Positions 28,099 to 37,339 of a DNA stretch of 64,000 nt are shown here, piece after piece; within the stretch, counting starts at the first letter, position 1, and the number at the start of each line of letters is the position of its first letter. The position numbers and the translations under genes are program-made. The notes beneath the pieces were generated by a model. That model made no database searches, was not told the origin of the DNA, and saw only the letters and a list, made by a program, of their open reading frames with translations. The stretch lies in the sequence record NC_047995.1. One strand, given 5' to 3'.

Positions 28099-28666
28099 TA
28101 TCACGCCTGTATCACGCGACGACGATTGGTGGTCGCTGAGTCCATTCTATCTGGGTCCGTGTCGTACACCTGACGGTATGATGTTCCTGAACATGGAGAA
28201 CATGTGGCAGTACAGCAAGGTGTACGAAGAACATCTGGTCAACTCGAACGACCTGTTCCACGGTGAGATATCCCGTGAGTGGTGGGAGTGGCATTTGAAA
28301 GGCAGTACAACCGAGCAGGCGCATCGCTATCCGGCGGGGAAAGGTCGAAAGGCCTTGTTCTCGAAATGGGGCGACTTGCGCCTTTCGTACATTCCCGCAC
28401 GAAAACAAATCTACGTGCCTGAGTATGCGCAGCTGGTGGTACATAAACCGAAGTTCAAACGCCTGCTCAAGGACTACAAGAAAGGCGCCAAGATTATCCT
28501 GCGTGACTATGACACCTACGATATTCAAAAGGCCTATCCTGATTCGCGTAGTCCCTGGCTGACCGCCATTCAAAACGAGAATGCAAAGTTCGGCCATGCG
28601 TTCGTCATTGCGCTGGCCCTGATGTTTCACGAACGACCACTATGGTATAATCAATGGGTGATCTAA
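28034..28666 (+). CDS. NADAR-like (DUF6939-type) protein
   Basis: LSPFY, MENMWQYSKVY, Y..AR..IY.P.Y, GHA motifs; GGAGG RBS before 28034. Confidence 0.5.
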   Translation: MTIGLIKVLSLKDKAPKGFDLDITPVSRDDDWWSLSPFYLGPCRTPDGMMFLNMENMWQYSKVYEEHLVNSNDLFHGEISREWWEWHLKGSTTEQAHRYPAGKGRKALFSKWGDLRLSYIPARKQIYVPEYAQLVVHKPKFKRLLKDYKKGAKIILRDYDTYDIQKAYPDSRSPWLTAIQNENAKFGHAFVIALALMFHERPLWYNQWVI

Positions 28667-28971
28667 ACGGTAACTACTGGCGATACGATATAGACAAACG
28701 TGCAGGTAACCTGACGCTGCCTCATCTGCCGAAAGAGTTCACTGCTACCATCAAAGACAACCTGACGTTGATGCACACGCCAGTTAAGATTGATGGCACG
28801 ACCATTGTGACCTCACAAGGCAAGACATGTGGTAGCCTGCAATTTCTCACAGGCGCCAACATTCTTATCTGGTCATCGTTTGAGTCCTACAGGTTCACGC
28901 TGATTGTCGATGAAGTGACTCGTATCAGACTCAAAGCAACCGACCGTCAATCTGCTGAACTCTGCAAATAA
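28654..28971 (+). CDS. Hypothetical protein
   Basis: 105 aa coupled ORF. Confidence 0.65.
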   Translation: MGDLNGNYWRYDIDKRAGNLTLPHLPKEFTATIKDNLTLMHTPVKIDGTTIVTSQGKTCGSLQFLTGANILIWSSFESYRFTLIVDEVTRIRLKATDRQSAELCK

Positions 28972-29016
28972 CTGGCTGAAATAGCCATTTAGTCTGATAC
29001 GCTCCTATGATATACT
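28964..29016 (+). promoter_or_regulatory. Early promoter class A, copy 3
   Basis: GCAAATAACTGGCTGAAAT-5-TTTAGT-17-TATACT. Confidence 0.75.
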
Positions 29017-29061
29017 ATATGTGAGCGCTATGCTCATACAACCAACGCTGAGGAGCGTATC

Positions 29062-29511
29062 ATGACTACTTTATCTATCGCTGATTTGAAAACCCCTGCT
29101 GCTTTCACTACGAACCTGACTTTCGGTCACATGGAAGAATTGAGGGCCAACCTTGAACGTGCCCTGAATCGTCCTGACCTTGAAGTGTACGTCGATTGTG
29201 ACGCAGGTTATACCCTTGAAGAAGCAAACACCGACGGTCCTGACCAGCTGGTGGGCGACCATGAATGTATTAACGTTCACGTTCGCTATGCAGGTATGTC
29301 GTTCGATGAATCGACGGCGAAAGGCGTGTGGGATATTTTACTGCAAACCCCGCACGAAGATAACAGCATGTCCGAGTGGTCTAACTCATACATCATGTAT
29401 GTGACCGATGAAAACCTCGACGCACTGGAAGAAGTGACGGTGGAAAACGGAAATCCACGTATGTACGAAACATTCGTTGATCGCATTAACTACTGGCTAC
29501 CTAAGCTGTAA
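29062..29511 (+). CDS. Acidic hypothetical early protein
   Basis: GAGGAG RBS, 149 aa. Confidence 0.75.
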   Translation: MTTLSIADLKTPAAFTTNLTFGHMEELRANLERALNRPDLEVYVDCDAGYTLEEANTDGPDQLVGDHECINVHVRYAGMSFDESTAKGVWDILLQTPHEDNSMSEWSNSYIMYVTDENLDALEEVTVENGNPRMYETFVDRINYWLPKL

Positions 29512-29512
29512 G

Positions 29513-29581
29513 AGATTTGTGAAGGGTCTTCTGTGAGGGCCCTTTGAAAATCCTAAACCCTAAGCTGAGGAGCTTAACATG
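29513..29581 (+). repeat. 69-bp intergenic hairpin+RBS cassette, copy 1
   Basis: 62/69 identical to 29896-29963. Confidence 0.9.
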
Positions 29582-29896
29582 TCATCTTCTACTACTCTGA
29601 CTTTCATCTTCCCAGAACTGACCACTCTGGAAGTTACCATCGGTAACGGCGTTGTTCCTGCTCGCCTTGAAGTAGCAGAGAACAAAAGCAAAACGTTCAG
29701 CGATATTGAAGCGCTGCGCCTGATGCAAGATTCAAACGTTAACGGCGTAATGTCTGGCTTCGACCTGTCGCTGTTGAATCTGCTTATCGACCGACACAAC
29801 AATCGTGAGCATTTCCACTGTCAGGAATGCGTAATGTCTGGCGCAACGTACTTCCCATCGACGGGTCTGTACCTGCGAGTGTCGCATCACCGCTAA
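29579..29896 (+). CDS. Hypothetical protein flanked by direct repeats
   Basis: GAGGAG RBS, 105 aa. Confidence 0.7.
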   Translation: MSSSTTLTFIFPELTTLEVTIGNGVVPARLEVAENKSKTFSDIEALRLMQDSNVNGVMSGFDLSLLNLLIDRHNNREHFHCQECVMSGATYFPSTGLYLRVSHHR

Positions 29897-29963
29897 GATT
29901 TGTGAAGGGCCTTCGACGAGGGTCCTTTGAAAATCCAAACCCTAAGCTAAGGAGCTTAACATG
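29896..29963 (+). repeat. Intergenic hairpin+RBS cassette, copy 2
   Basis: Direct repeat of 29513-29581. Confidence 0.9.
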
Positions 29964-30233
29964 AGTAAATTTTCAGAAACAACTCCAGACGTGCGTGTGA
30001 GTCTGCTGGCCACAGCTTTTATCAGCATTTTGCCTGCCGCCATGCGTGGTATGACTCCTAACCAAAAGCAAAGTTACCTCGAATTTGTTCTTGGTCAAAT
30101 TGGCACAACTGAGCAGGAGTTCATGGCCCTGCTCGACCAGAACACAAATATGAATGCCACGCTCGCTGCGGCTATCGTTGACGAATGCGAAGCTGCATTC
30201 AAGAAAGGCAAACACACCAACACACGTCATTGA
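29961..30233 (+). CDS. Small helical protein, paralog of 58090-58461
   Basis: KF.+.....+V.L+A+AF and LE..L..+G.T.+EF.AL+ shared. Confidence 0.7.
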   Translation: MSKFSETTPDVRVSLLATAFISILPAAMRGMTPNQKQSYLEFVLGQIGTTEQEFMALLDQNTNMNATLAAAIVDECEAAFKKGKHTNTRH

Positions 30234-30249
30234 TCTGGAGGAGCTTAAC

Positions 30250-30660
30250 ATGAAACAATATCCACTGCGCGGCCGTGTGTACACGTTGAAAGAAATCGAG
30301 AATGATCTCGAACTGCGTGACAGCCCGTTCTTGCGTTTCGTGTCGCAGAAAGTTCGTTACGAACACGAGGCATGTGCAGGCATTCAGGTCATTCAGACCT
30401 CGTCGCTTGCTAATCTGTCTGACATTGAAGGTTGGGCAGATACTCAGTGGTCCTATGTACGCGAGACCGAAGAGTGGATTCCGCTGTTCCGTGCTGTAGA
30501 TGACGACGCGATTGAAGCGCTCTGCGTTATCGAAGCGTCCACTTCGGCCAGCGCCCGTGACGATGACCACATGCACGTCTATCCGAAAGGCACCGAGTGC
30601 AGTCAATACGAACCGTATGACAAAGCACTGCATGGCGATCTGCTGGTGGCAGTAAAATAA
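30250..30660 (+). CDS. Hypothetical protein
   Basis: GGAGGAGCTTAACATG leader, same tail as the repeat cassette. Confidence 0.7.
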   Translation: MKQYPLRGRVYTLKEIENDLELRDSPFLRFVSQKVRYEHEACAGIQVIQTSSLANLSDIEGWADTQWSYVRETEEWIPLFRAVDDDAIEALCVIEASTSASARDDDHMHVYPKGTECSQYEPYDKALHGDLLVAVK

Positions 30661-30717
30661 CAAAACAGGGATGCTCACAACCGTGCGCGTCCCATTTCTC
30701 ATTTAAGGACAAATCTC

Positions 30718-31227
30718 ATGATTCCCGAACTCACTCACATTTTCAACGTAATGATGACCAGCCTGAAAGATATCCGCAGCGTTGACCGTCTGCATCTTAT
30801 CAACAAGGGTGCCGTGCGTTTCCACCTGAAAGGCAAACAGTTTGACGTGCGTGGTACATTCCCTATGTTCTCCGTTCACGAAGTTGACAGCGCCTGCCTG
30901 CTGTATTCGAAAGCTGCCAAAGAGATTGAGACGCAACTCAATGGCGAACCTATCGAAGAACTGGAAGAGGTTGTGAACGACGAAGTGTTTAACGATACGC
31001 TGATCGCACATGTTGACAGCATGGACGAACAACACGTCCGCGCATACAACGAAGAATGCGGCGGTCCTGACTTAGACCCGATCAACGGTCAGCGCACCTG
31101 GCTCAAGACGCATTTCCTTCACATCGGTCACAACACGCCAGACCTGTTAGAGACAGTCCTGATGATGGAGGGTAAAGAACGACGTGACGCTTTGGCAGAA
31201 GCCATTAAGGGGACGCTATGCTTCTAG
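30718..31227 (+). CDS. Hypothetical protein
   Basis: AAGGA RBS, 169 aa. Confidence 0.7.
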   Translation: MIPELTHIFNVMMTSLKDIRSVDRLHLINKGAVRFHLKGKQFDVRGTFPMFSVHEVDSACLLYSKAAKEIETQLNGEPIEELEEVVNDEVFNDTLIAHVDSMDEQHVRAYNEECGGPDLDPINGQRTWLKTHFLHIGHNTPDLLETVLMMEGKERRDALAEAIKGTLCF

Positions 31228-31505
31228 CTTGGGTTCTCAACCTGCCATGTAGGTATCGCGCATACCGTGATCGTTTCAAGTTAGAGATGGTTGATGCGTT
31301 CATCGCATTGCCTGCGCAAGACCAGCAATTGTTGTGCAAGGCCCTAGACGTGTCGAACACGCCTGAAGGTCTGGAGAAGTTCTTCGATACCTCTCGTAAG
31401 GACTTGGCTAAGAAGTGTGGCATTTACTACGTGCATTTAACACGCGACAGCAAACTGCTGTATGTTTTCCAACGCGTCATCCATAACATTCGTACAAGGA
31501 AATAA
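31218..31505 (+). CDS. Hypothetical protein
   Basis: 95 aa coupled ORF. Confidence 0.55.
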   Translation: MLLAWVLNLPCRYRAYRDRFKLEMVDAFIALPAQDQQLLCKALDVSNTPEGLEKFFDTSRKDLAKKCGIYYVHLTRDSKLLYVFQRVIHNIRTRK

Positions 31506-31508
31506 AAC

Positions 31509-31949
31509 ATGAACGAAATAGATATTCTGATCCGTGAGTTCGACCGGGCGTATCTGAGAGCAGAAGCAGCGCCTTTCGGTAACGTCGCATATCACGTACA
31601 AGACCAAACAGACGGCCTGAAAAACATTGCACTCTATCTGCGTTTTCGTTCTGGCCCACAAGCTCTTTGGCAGCGCCCTTGTTTAGTGCTCTCCACCGTT
31701 GATGTTCGTGACTCAGGCAAAGGTACATTCAGTGAGTTGCTTCGCCGCACGAAAGACCTGTGCCGTGAACGCGACTGGATTCTTCAAATTGAAAACGTCC
31801 TGACTCCGCAGTTCAGGAAGTTCCTACAGCGCGGTGGATTCAAACCATTCGGCATTGATAAAGATGTGCCGTACGGAAGTCTCTACTGGTTCCATGACGA
31901 GACAATCCCTCAGCAATGCGCGATGTACCCAGAGAGGCCACACCCATGA
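31509..31949 (+). CDS. GNAT-like acetyltransferase
   Basis: V.V...GKGTF..LL (acetyl-CoA loop-like) and F..FLQR.GF. Confidence 0.5.
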   Translation: MNEIDILIREFDRAYLRAEAAPFGNVAYHVQDQTDGLKNIALYLRFRSGPQALWQRPCLVLSTVDVRDSGKGTFSELLRRTKDLCRERDWILQIENVLTPQFRKFLQRGGFKPFGIDKDVPYGSLYWFHDETIPQQCAMYPERPHP

Positions 31950-32392
31950 ACATTCCTTGGTATGTGATGTTCGCTGTGGGTATGCTGCCTCTGTCCACTT
32001 GCTACGTTGTCTTCCCGTGGTTTCGTGCTGCTGTCAATCGCAGGCTGACGTTCAAGCCTCTTGACTATGACGCACTGGACGAGATACTGACGAACGGTAT
32101 GCCTGAGAAAGTGACTATCACTTGTCTACAGGCTGCCTATCGTGCGAACGTCCCAACACACTCTCATGTGGATATCTATCCGCACAAAGACAACGTTGCT
32201 GTGATTCGTATGCTGGTGGACGACAACTTCCCTATTGCTCGAATCTTTCACAACGTTCTGATCGATAACTACAACGCATTCGCCGTGAAGTCGAACAGGG
32301 CGCCTCTGGTTACAATCAACCAGTGCATCTACCCTGTCGTTGAATATGAGTACGACGATACGTACCTGCTGATCTACGTTAAGCACCAGTAA
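31946..32392 (+). CDS. Hypothetical protein with N-terminal hydrophobic helix
   Basis: GAGG RBS before ATG 31946. Confidence 0.65.
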   Translation: MNIPWYVMFAVGMLPLSTCYVVFPWFRAAVNRRLTFKPLDYDALDEILTNGMPEKVTITCLQAAYRANVPTHSHVDIYPHKDNVAVIRMLVDDNFPIARIFHNVLIDNYNAFAVKSNRAPLVTINQCIYPVVEYEYDDTYLLIYVKHQ

Positions 32393-32401
32393 GGAAACAT
32401 C

Positions 32402-32701
32402 ATGGTCACCCAACAACAACTGAATGAGTTTACCTCAATGCCTGTGTTGCACCGTAAAGTGTTTCTACGCAGTATGCAGGTTGAGATGTTGGGTGCCCTG
32501 CCTGAGCTTACCGACATTGTGCGTGAGATGTTGTATCGCGCGATTGTCGTGGATGTGGCTCAAGCAGAAATGGCACTCCTTGCTGCACGTCAGATGTGTG
32601 ACAACAAAGACGTCCGTAGAAGTATTGACGATCTGCTGCAATTCGTTGCTCGTCTTCATGACGTGGCAACTGATAAACTTATTACTGGAGATATACAATG
32701 A
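32402..32701 (+). CDS. Hypothetical protein
   Basis: AAGGA RBS, 99 aa. Confidence 0.7.
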   Translation: MVTQQQLNEFTSMPVLHRKVFLRSMQVEMLGALPELTDIVREMLYRAIVVDVAQAEMALLAARQMCDNKDVRRSIDDLLQFVARLHDVATDKLITGDIQ

Positions 32702-33762
32702 ACAAGACCATTGGCCTCATGATTGACGAAGACGTAATGAACTGGCTGGACATGCTTATGCCGCAAGAACTTCGCCGCGTTATCGACGCACTGAATAACA
32801 TTGTGTACTCTCGCCGACAGGAATTGACGGTCGAACGTCTGACCGAAGATGAAGACGTAGGCGCTCTGTCTCACAAAGAGCTGGAGATCATTCTACGCCA
32901 CGCTTCTCCTAAGCATGAGTATGACACGTCCGTTCTGTCTAACGAGCAATTGCTCCGCTTGGCGATGGACGCGCAGTTCATCATCCAGTACACGCTGCCG
33001 TGCCACTGTTCTCCTATCATGGTCAAACGCGCTTTCGCTAACGGCCTTACGTGCTCGCTGCTGGGTGGCTTCTCGAATCGTGCTGATATCATCATGGCTG
33101 TTCATCATTGGGAGTACGGCCTGTCTAACATCTCACTTGATGCCGTTACCGATAGCGATGTACGCCCAGACGATCAAGGTCTGTACCTGTGCTACGACGA
33201 ACACAAACAAATTCGCTATGGTCGTCTGTTCAAGAACGCGAACGAAGGCTGGACGTTCCACGAATCGTATTCGAACGGAGGTTCGACTTCCTGGCTGGAA
33301 GCAGGCGAAGGTAAAACCCTCGACGCAGATGACTTGCCAATCTGCCTGCTGTCTCACTGGGTATTCGTAGCGCCCGACCGGTCGCCGTCAATCATTCGCA
33401 AAGAGACAGACATTAAACGCCTGTCTGACACACAACGCATCTTCCTGTATCTGCGTAGCCTGAGTCCTCACGTTAAAGCTGAAATCGTTACTCACTTTGA
33501 CGGCGTACTGGACAATCGCAAGTTCACGTCTGTTGATCAGATTGGTCGCCTGACAGAAACGGACTGGCGCAATGCTGCTATCGCTATCGGTGAAGAAGAA
33601 CGTGGGCAGGAAGGTAAACACTTCTGGGATGACCAGGGTGCTTGGGCTTGTTTCGTTGCTGTGCTCAACTCTCTGTGCTATGACATGGAGACACGCGACT
33701 TCCAACCTCAATACGAATATCAAGCTAACGACGACACTCTGGACGAAGACAACAATGGCTAA
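32698..33762 (+). CDS. Hypothetical protein
   Basis: GGAG RBS, 354 aa. Confidence 0.75.
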   Translation: MNKTIGLMIDEDVMNWLDMLMPQELRRVIDALNNIVYSRRQELTVERLTEDEDVGALSHKELEIILRHASPKHEYDTSVLSNEQLLRLAMDAQFIIQYTLPCHCSPIMVKRAFANGLTCSLLGGFSNRADIIMAVHHWEYGLSNISLDAVTDSDVRPDDQGLYLCYDEHKQIRYGRLFKNANEGWTFHESYSNGGSTSWLEAGEGKTLDADDLPICLLSHWVFVAPDRSPSIIRKETDIKRLSDTQRIFLYLRSLSPHVKAEIVTHFDGVLDNRKFTSVDQIGRLTETDWRNAAIAIGEEERGQEGKHFWDDQGAWACFVAVLNSLCYDMETRDFQPQYEYQANDDTLDEDNNG

Positions 33763-34288
33763 ATCACTCGGCGTATACATGACTTACATTCTGCGACACA
33801 AGCCGCAGGATATCGGGATCGCAATGGACACTCAGGGCTGGGTGTCTGTTCTGGACTTTCTCCAGAAAGCGAAGTACGTTAAACAGGTCACTCTCGAAAT
33901 GCTGATTGCCGAAGTTGAGGCAGACGAGAAAGGCCGCTTCGAGTTCAACTCCAATCGCTCGCGCATTCGCTGCGTTCAAGGTCACTCGGTTGAGAATGTC
34001 ATTTTGAACCTCGAGCCGTTCACGGAACTTGGGCCTCTGTATCACGGCACGGCAGAAAAGAACGTTGCGTCGATCATGCACGAAGGGATTACGAAACGCC
34101 GACGCAAACATGTTCACATTAGTCGGGAGCAAGAAACTGCCGAGAACGTTGGACGCCGTCACGGTCTACCTGTTGTGTTCGAGATTGATACGCAGGCAAT
34201 GATCACTCACGGCTACAAGTTCTACCGCGCAGAGAATGGTGTGATCTTAACGGACCATGTACCTTCTCGCTATATCAAGTTGGTGTGA
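33755..34288 (+). CDS. kptA: RNA 2'-phosphotransferase, Tpt1/KptA family
   Basis: ILRH, GWV, RIRCVQGHS, LYHGT, RKHVHIS, NGV.LTDHVP. Confidence 0.92.
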   Translation: MAKSLGVYMTYILRHKPQDIGIAMDTQGWVSVLDFLQKAKYVKQVTLEMLIAEVEADEKGRFEFNSNRSRIRCVQGHSVENVILNLEPFTELGPLYHGTAEKNVASIMHEGITKRRRKHVHISREQETAENVGRRHGLPVVFEIDTQAMITHGYKFYRAENGVILTDHVPSRYIKLV

Positions 34289-34289
34289 T

Positions 34290-34691
34290 ATGGAAAAGAC
34301 GTACATGACGCATTGGGGATCGCGCTATGTGCGGTCCTCTTCCGGAAAGTGGTATTCAGTTCATGGACGTGAAGGTACGTGGGTAACTAATCGCTACGGT
34401 ACTTCATTCTACCGCAGCGGCTCCGAAGTATGGCGTGATATAACTCTGGCCGATCGTGAGTCGTTGGAACGCGAACTTATCAAACGCACCAGTGAAGATT
34501 ACAACGAGCAAAAGCGTAGGTATGACTACTGGGGAAGATTGGTACGAGCGATTGCCCGCTGTTCAGAAGAGGAAAAGAATGAGCATACGGCAGAACTTGC
34601 CGAGATGATTGAAGCGCTTAGACAGCAATTCTATGGACAGAAAGTACAGCAACTGAGCACAATTCTGGACGAAATCGCCGTTAAAGAATAG
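34290..34691 (+). CDS. Hypothetical protein
   Basis: ATG 1 nt after kptA stop. Confidence 0.7.
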   Translation: MEKTYMTHWGSRYVRSSSGKWYSVHGREGTWVTNRYGTSFYRSGSEVWRDITLADRESLERELIKRTSEDYNEQKRRYDYWGRLVRAIARCSEEEKNEHTAELAEMIEALRQQFYGQKVQQLSTILDEIAVKE

Positions 34692-34709
34692 GCTCGTTCG
34701 TGCTATAAT
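34657..34709 (+). promoter_or_regulatory. Early promoter class A, copy 4 (box inside upstream CDS)
   Basis: GCACAATTCTGGACGAAAT-5-TTAAAG-17-TATAAT with TG extension; 8-bp hairpin 34720-34739. Confidence 0.75.
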
Positions 34710-34760
34710 AAAGATGAACGCTGTACAATCCTGTACAGCTACTTACATGAGGACATGTAT

Positions 34761-36356
34761 ATGAAAAATATTAAACACACTTTCCGTCTGACCGACCTTG
34801 TACGCATCTCCAAAACTCTGCCTACCGGCATGAAGCACTTTAGCGGCGCAGGAACTGAGGCAATTGTTGTTGGTCGTAATGACTCTACTGACGAATACTC
34901 TCTGCATATCAAACATGGCGGTCAGCATTCGTGGTACCCTGCTGAGTGCCTGACGTTGATCAGCCATAACAATGGCGAACTGCTTGATCAGTGGGAAGCA
35001 GGCTACTACGGCCGTGACAAGAAAAAGAAACGCAAGATCCCAAAAGAACTGCGTAACTTCACTGCTATCCTGCCTGTGACCTGCAACGCCGATTGTTCGT
35101 TCTGCCCTGAGAAAGAGATGGAACAGAAAGCCAATCAAAAAGAATGGCAAGACGGGTTGATCGACCAGATCAAACGCATGTACAAGAAAACTAAGTTCGA
35201 CCACGTATCAATCTCTGGTGGCGAGCCGACGTTGCGTTCGAAGTTCCTGTTTGAGACTATCGACCGCATTCAGAAAGAAACGCCAATCAAGAAAGTAGGT
35301 CTGACTTCTAATGGCTTCTTCCTTGAAAAGCAAAACAGCACGTTCGACTTCTTAGACCGTAACACTACGCCTGAGATGACCAGCAAGCTGTCGCATCTGA
35401 ATATCAGTATGCACTCATTCAACCGCGATGCTGCGAACAAGATCATGGGCGTGAACTACAAACAGACGTTGGAAGATTTGGTTCGCTTCCGTCGCCAGTT
35501 GGGCCGTGACGTTAGCTTCCACATCAACTTTGTAATCAACGACAAGACGGGTTCGATTACGGAAGAGTTCAAACGTGCTGCGAACTTCATGCGCGCCAAC
35601 CCGTTCATCGACGTTGTGTTCCGCGTCGATTACAACGATGTTGAACTGTCGAAAGCGTTGCGTGACTACGCTGTGGAATATGAAGCGTGGCAGGAAGCAA
35701 GTCGCATCGCAGTGGCCACGCGTAAGAAGTGCAAAGTGAAAGAGCCGCGCGCACCGCACATCGTTCAGAAGTTTGATCGCTTCTTCGGTGGCCAGAACCT
35801 TGCAGATGTTGAAAGCGCTTGGACTACAGGCTGTCCGTCATGTTTCACCCATGCGTCGAACCCTGTCAATAACAGTCGCGCATATTTGAAAGCGTCTTCC
35901 TACGAACCGAACGAAGACGAAGAAGAATACACTGAGCTGGTGTATCACATGGACGGCGCTCTGTACTGGGACTGGACTCGCAATGATCCTGTGCCTCTGC
36001 CTCGTAGTAAACGTTTTGACTTCGACATGAAAGACGAAGACACGCAGCCTGAGAGCAAGAGCAAAGGCAAGAACAAAAAGTCTGAGCAAGACAAGGCGTG
36101 GGAGCATGGTTCCGTAGCCGAAGCGATTAACGCCAATCGTTGTTCGTTCGGACCTGCTGCTCCGCATCATTGCTCTTATGATTCTACTGGCACCACTGCT
36201 GCGCCACAAACAGTCAAGCCGCAGCCTAAGGCCGTTAAAGCGAAATCAGTTAAGCCCGCTAAGAAAGCTAAGAAAGCAGAAGGCGGTAAAGTTTCAACTA
36301 CACCGGGTGGTGCTCCTGGTGTTTGTGGCTACGGCCATAGTCGTTGTGGCTACTAA
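34761..36356 (+). CDS. Radical SAM enzyme with N-terminal SH3-like domain and Cys-motif tail
   Basis: CNADCSFC (CxxxCxxC), ISGGEP, LTSNG, ISMH; GAGG RBS supports 34761. Confidence 0.88.
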   Translation: MKNIKHTFRLTDLVRISKTLPTGMKHFSGAGTEAIVVGRNDSTDEYSLHIKHGGQHSWYPAECLTLISHNNGELLDQWEAGYYGRDKKKKRKIPKELRNFTAILPVTCNADCSFCPEKEMEQKANQKEWQDGLIDQIKRMYKKTKFDHVSISGGEPTLRSKFLFETIDRIQKETPIKKVGLTSNGFFLEKQNSTFDFLDRNTTPEMTSKLSHLNISMHSFNRDAANKIMGVNYKQTLEDLVRFRRQLGRDVSFHINFVINDKTGSITEEFKRAANFMRANPFIDVVFRVDYNDVELSKALRDYAVEYEAWQEASRIAVATRKKCKVKEPRAPHIVQKFDRFFGGQNLADVESAWTTGCPSCFTHASNPVNNSRAYLKASSYEPNEDEEEYTELVYHMDGALYWDWTRNDPVPLPRSKRFDFDMKDEDTQPESKSKGKNKKSEQDKAWEHGSVAEAINANRCSFGPAAPHHCSYDSTGTTAAPQTVKPQPKAVKAKSVKPAKKAKKAEGGKVSTTPGGAPGVCGYGHSRCGY

Positions 36357-36368
36357 GAGGAAAAGATC

Positions 36369-36602
36369 ATGCTTAAAAAAGTAAAAGAAGATGTATCGGC
36401 GAAAGACCTTGATGAACTCTATTCTGTTGTTATGGAGTATACAGGCAGCGAGCGTTATCGTCTGTATTCGATGTTGACTGTTCGTAAGCTGCAAGCCATT
36501 CACTACGGGCATAAGATTCCTAAGAGCGTTCAGTCGTTGACGCACGGAAGCAACGAATACGATTTGCAGGAAGCTATTGCCTTGCTGGGGAAAATGAAAT
36601 GA
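36369..36602 (+). CDS. Hypothetical protein
   Basis: GAGG RBS, 77 aa. Confidence 0.65.
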   Translation: MLKKVKEDVSAKDLDELYSVVMEYTGSERYRLYSMLTVRKLQAIHYGHKIPKSVQSLTHGSNEYDLQEAIALLGKMK

Positions 36603-36961
36603 GAGAACGTCGTAACTATTACTATGACAGCCCGTTCTACTACGGACTGATTACTTGGCGTAAACGTCTTGCTATCGTCGGTGCCATGCTAATCGGCATT
36701 CTGATTTATCACGGCCGTTCTGCTCCTGCTGTTGATGATATGTGGTTCTGGACAGGAATCATCTTCGGCATAGTTGGTGGTGTATGCTACATTCGCATGT
36801 GGTCCTATGAGTGCTACCTACTCGCTGCTATGGGTCCTCTGGACAACAACACTGTTATTGGTAGTCTGTCGTTCGACAAACTTGAGCGTCGTCATGAACT
36901 CTGGTACGAGAAGAAGTTCGGGCACAAACCTCCTAAGACTAACACATGGAGCATCGACTAA
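36599..36961 (+). CDS. Membrane protein (2 TM)
   Basis: Two hydrophobic segments. Confidence 0.65.
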   Translation: MRERRNYYYDSPFYYGLITWRKRLAIVGAMLIGILIYHGRSAPAVDDMWFWTGIIFGIVGGVCYIRMWSYECYLLAAMGPLDNNTVIGSLSFDKLERRHELWYEKKFGHKPPKTNTWSID

Positions 36962-37338
36962 TGGCACTCATGTTTACTGAGAAGCATCGCAAACAATTCG
37001 GACGTGACAGCAAAGACCCGCAGTACCATGGCGATGCGTGTGAAGCAGTCTACAATCACGGTATGGAGTTGTTGCGTGAGCACAAGCGCCTGACGTTGCT
37101 TATCGGTGCGAAGCGTAGAACGCGACTAGACAAAGGTGCTCCTCTGACCAAGTGCTTTCGCAAGCATTGGATTGAAGACAAGAAGCTGGCGAACGAAGAC
37201 ACGCGCCCTATCGCCATGTTGATCGCTCGATTCAAAGAAGTATCAGTGCTGTTGAAGCTGGCGCGTATGAACTACACCGACCTGCATAAACGGCGTCACG
37301 GCTTCACACGCCCAAGTTATTTTCACTGGAGAGACTAA
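36961..37338 (+). CDS. Basic hypothetical protein
   Basis: TAATG coupling, GGAG RBS. Confidence 0.65.
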   Translation: MALMFTEKHRKQFGRDSKDPQYHGDACEAVYNHGMELLREHKRLTLLIGAKRRTRLDKGAPLTKCFRKHWIEDKKLANEDTRPIAMLIARFKEVSVLLKLARMNYTDLHKRRHGFTRPSYFHWRD

Positions 37339-37339
37339 C

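Noticed and set aside
23379-29511. Homology between acidic early proteins 23379, 24156 and 29062
   Set aside because: Only short L..AL.R.D-like echoes; too weak to claim without a profile search
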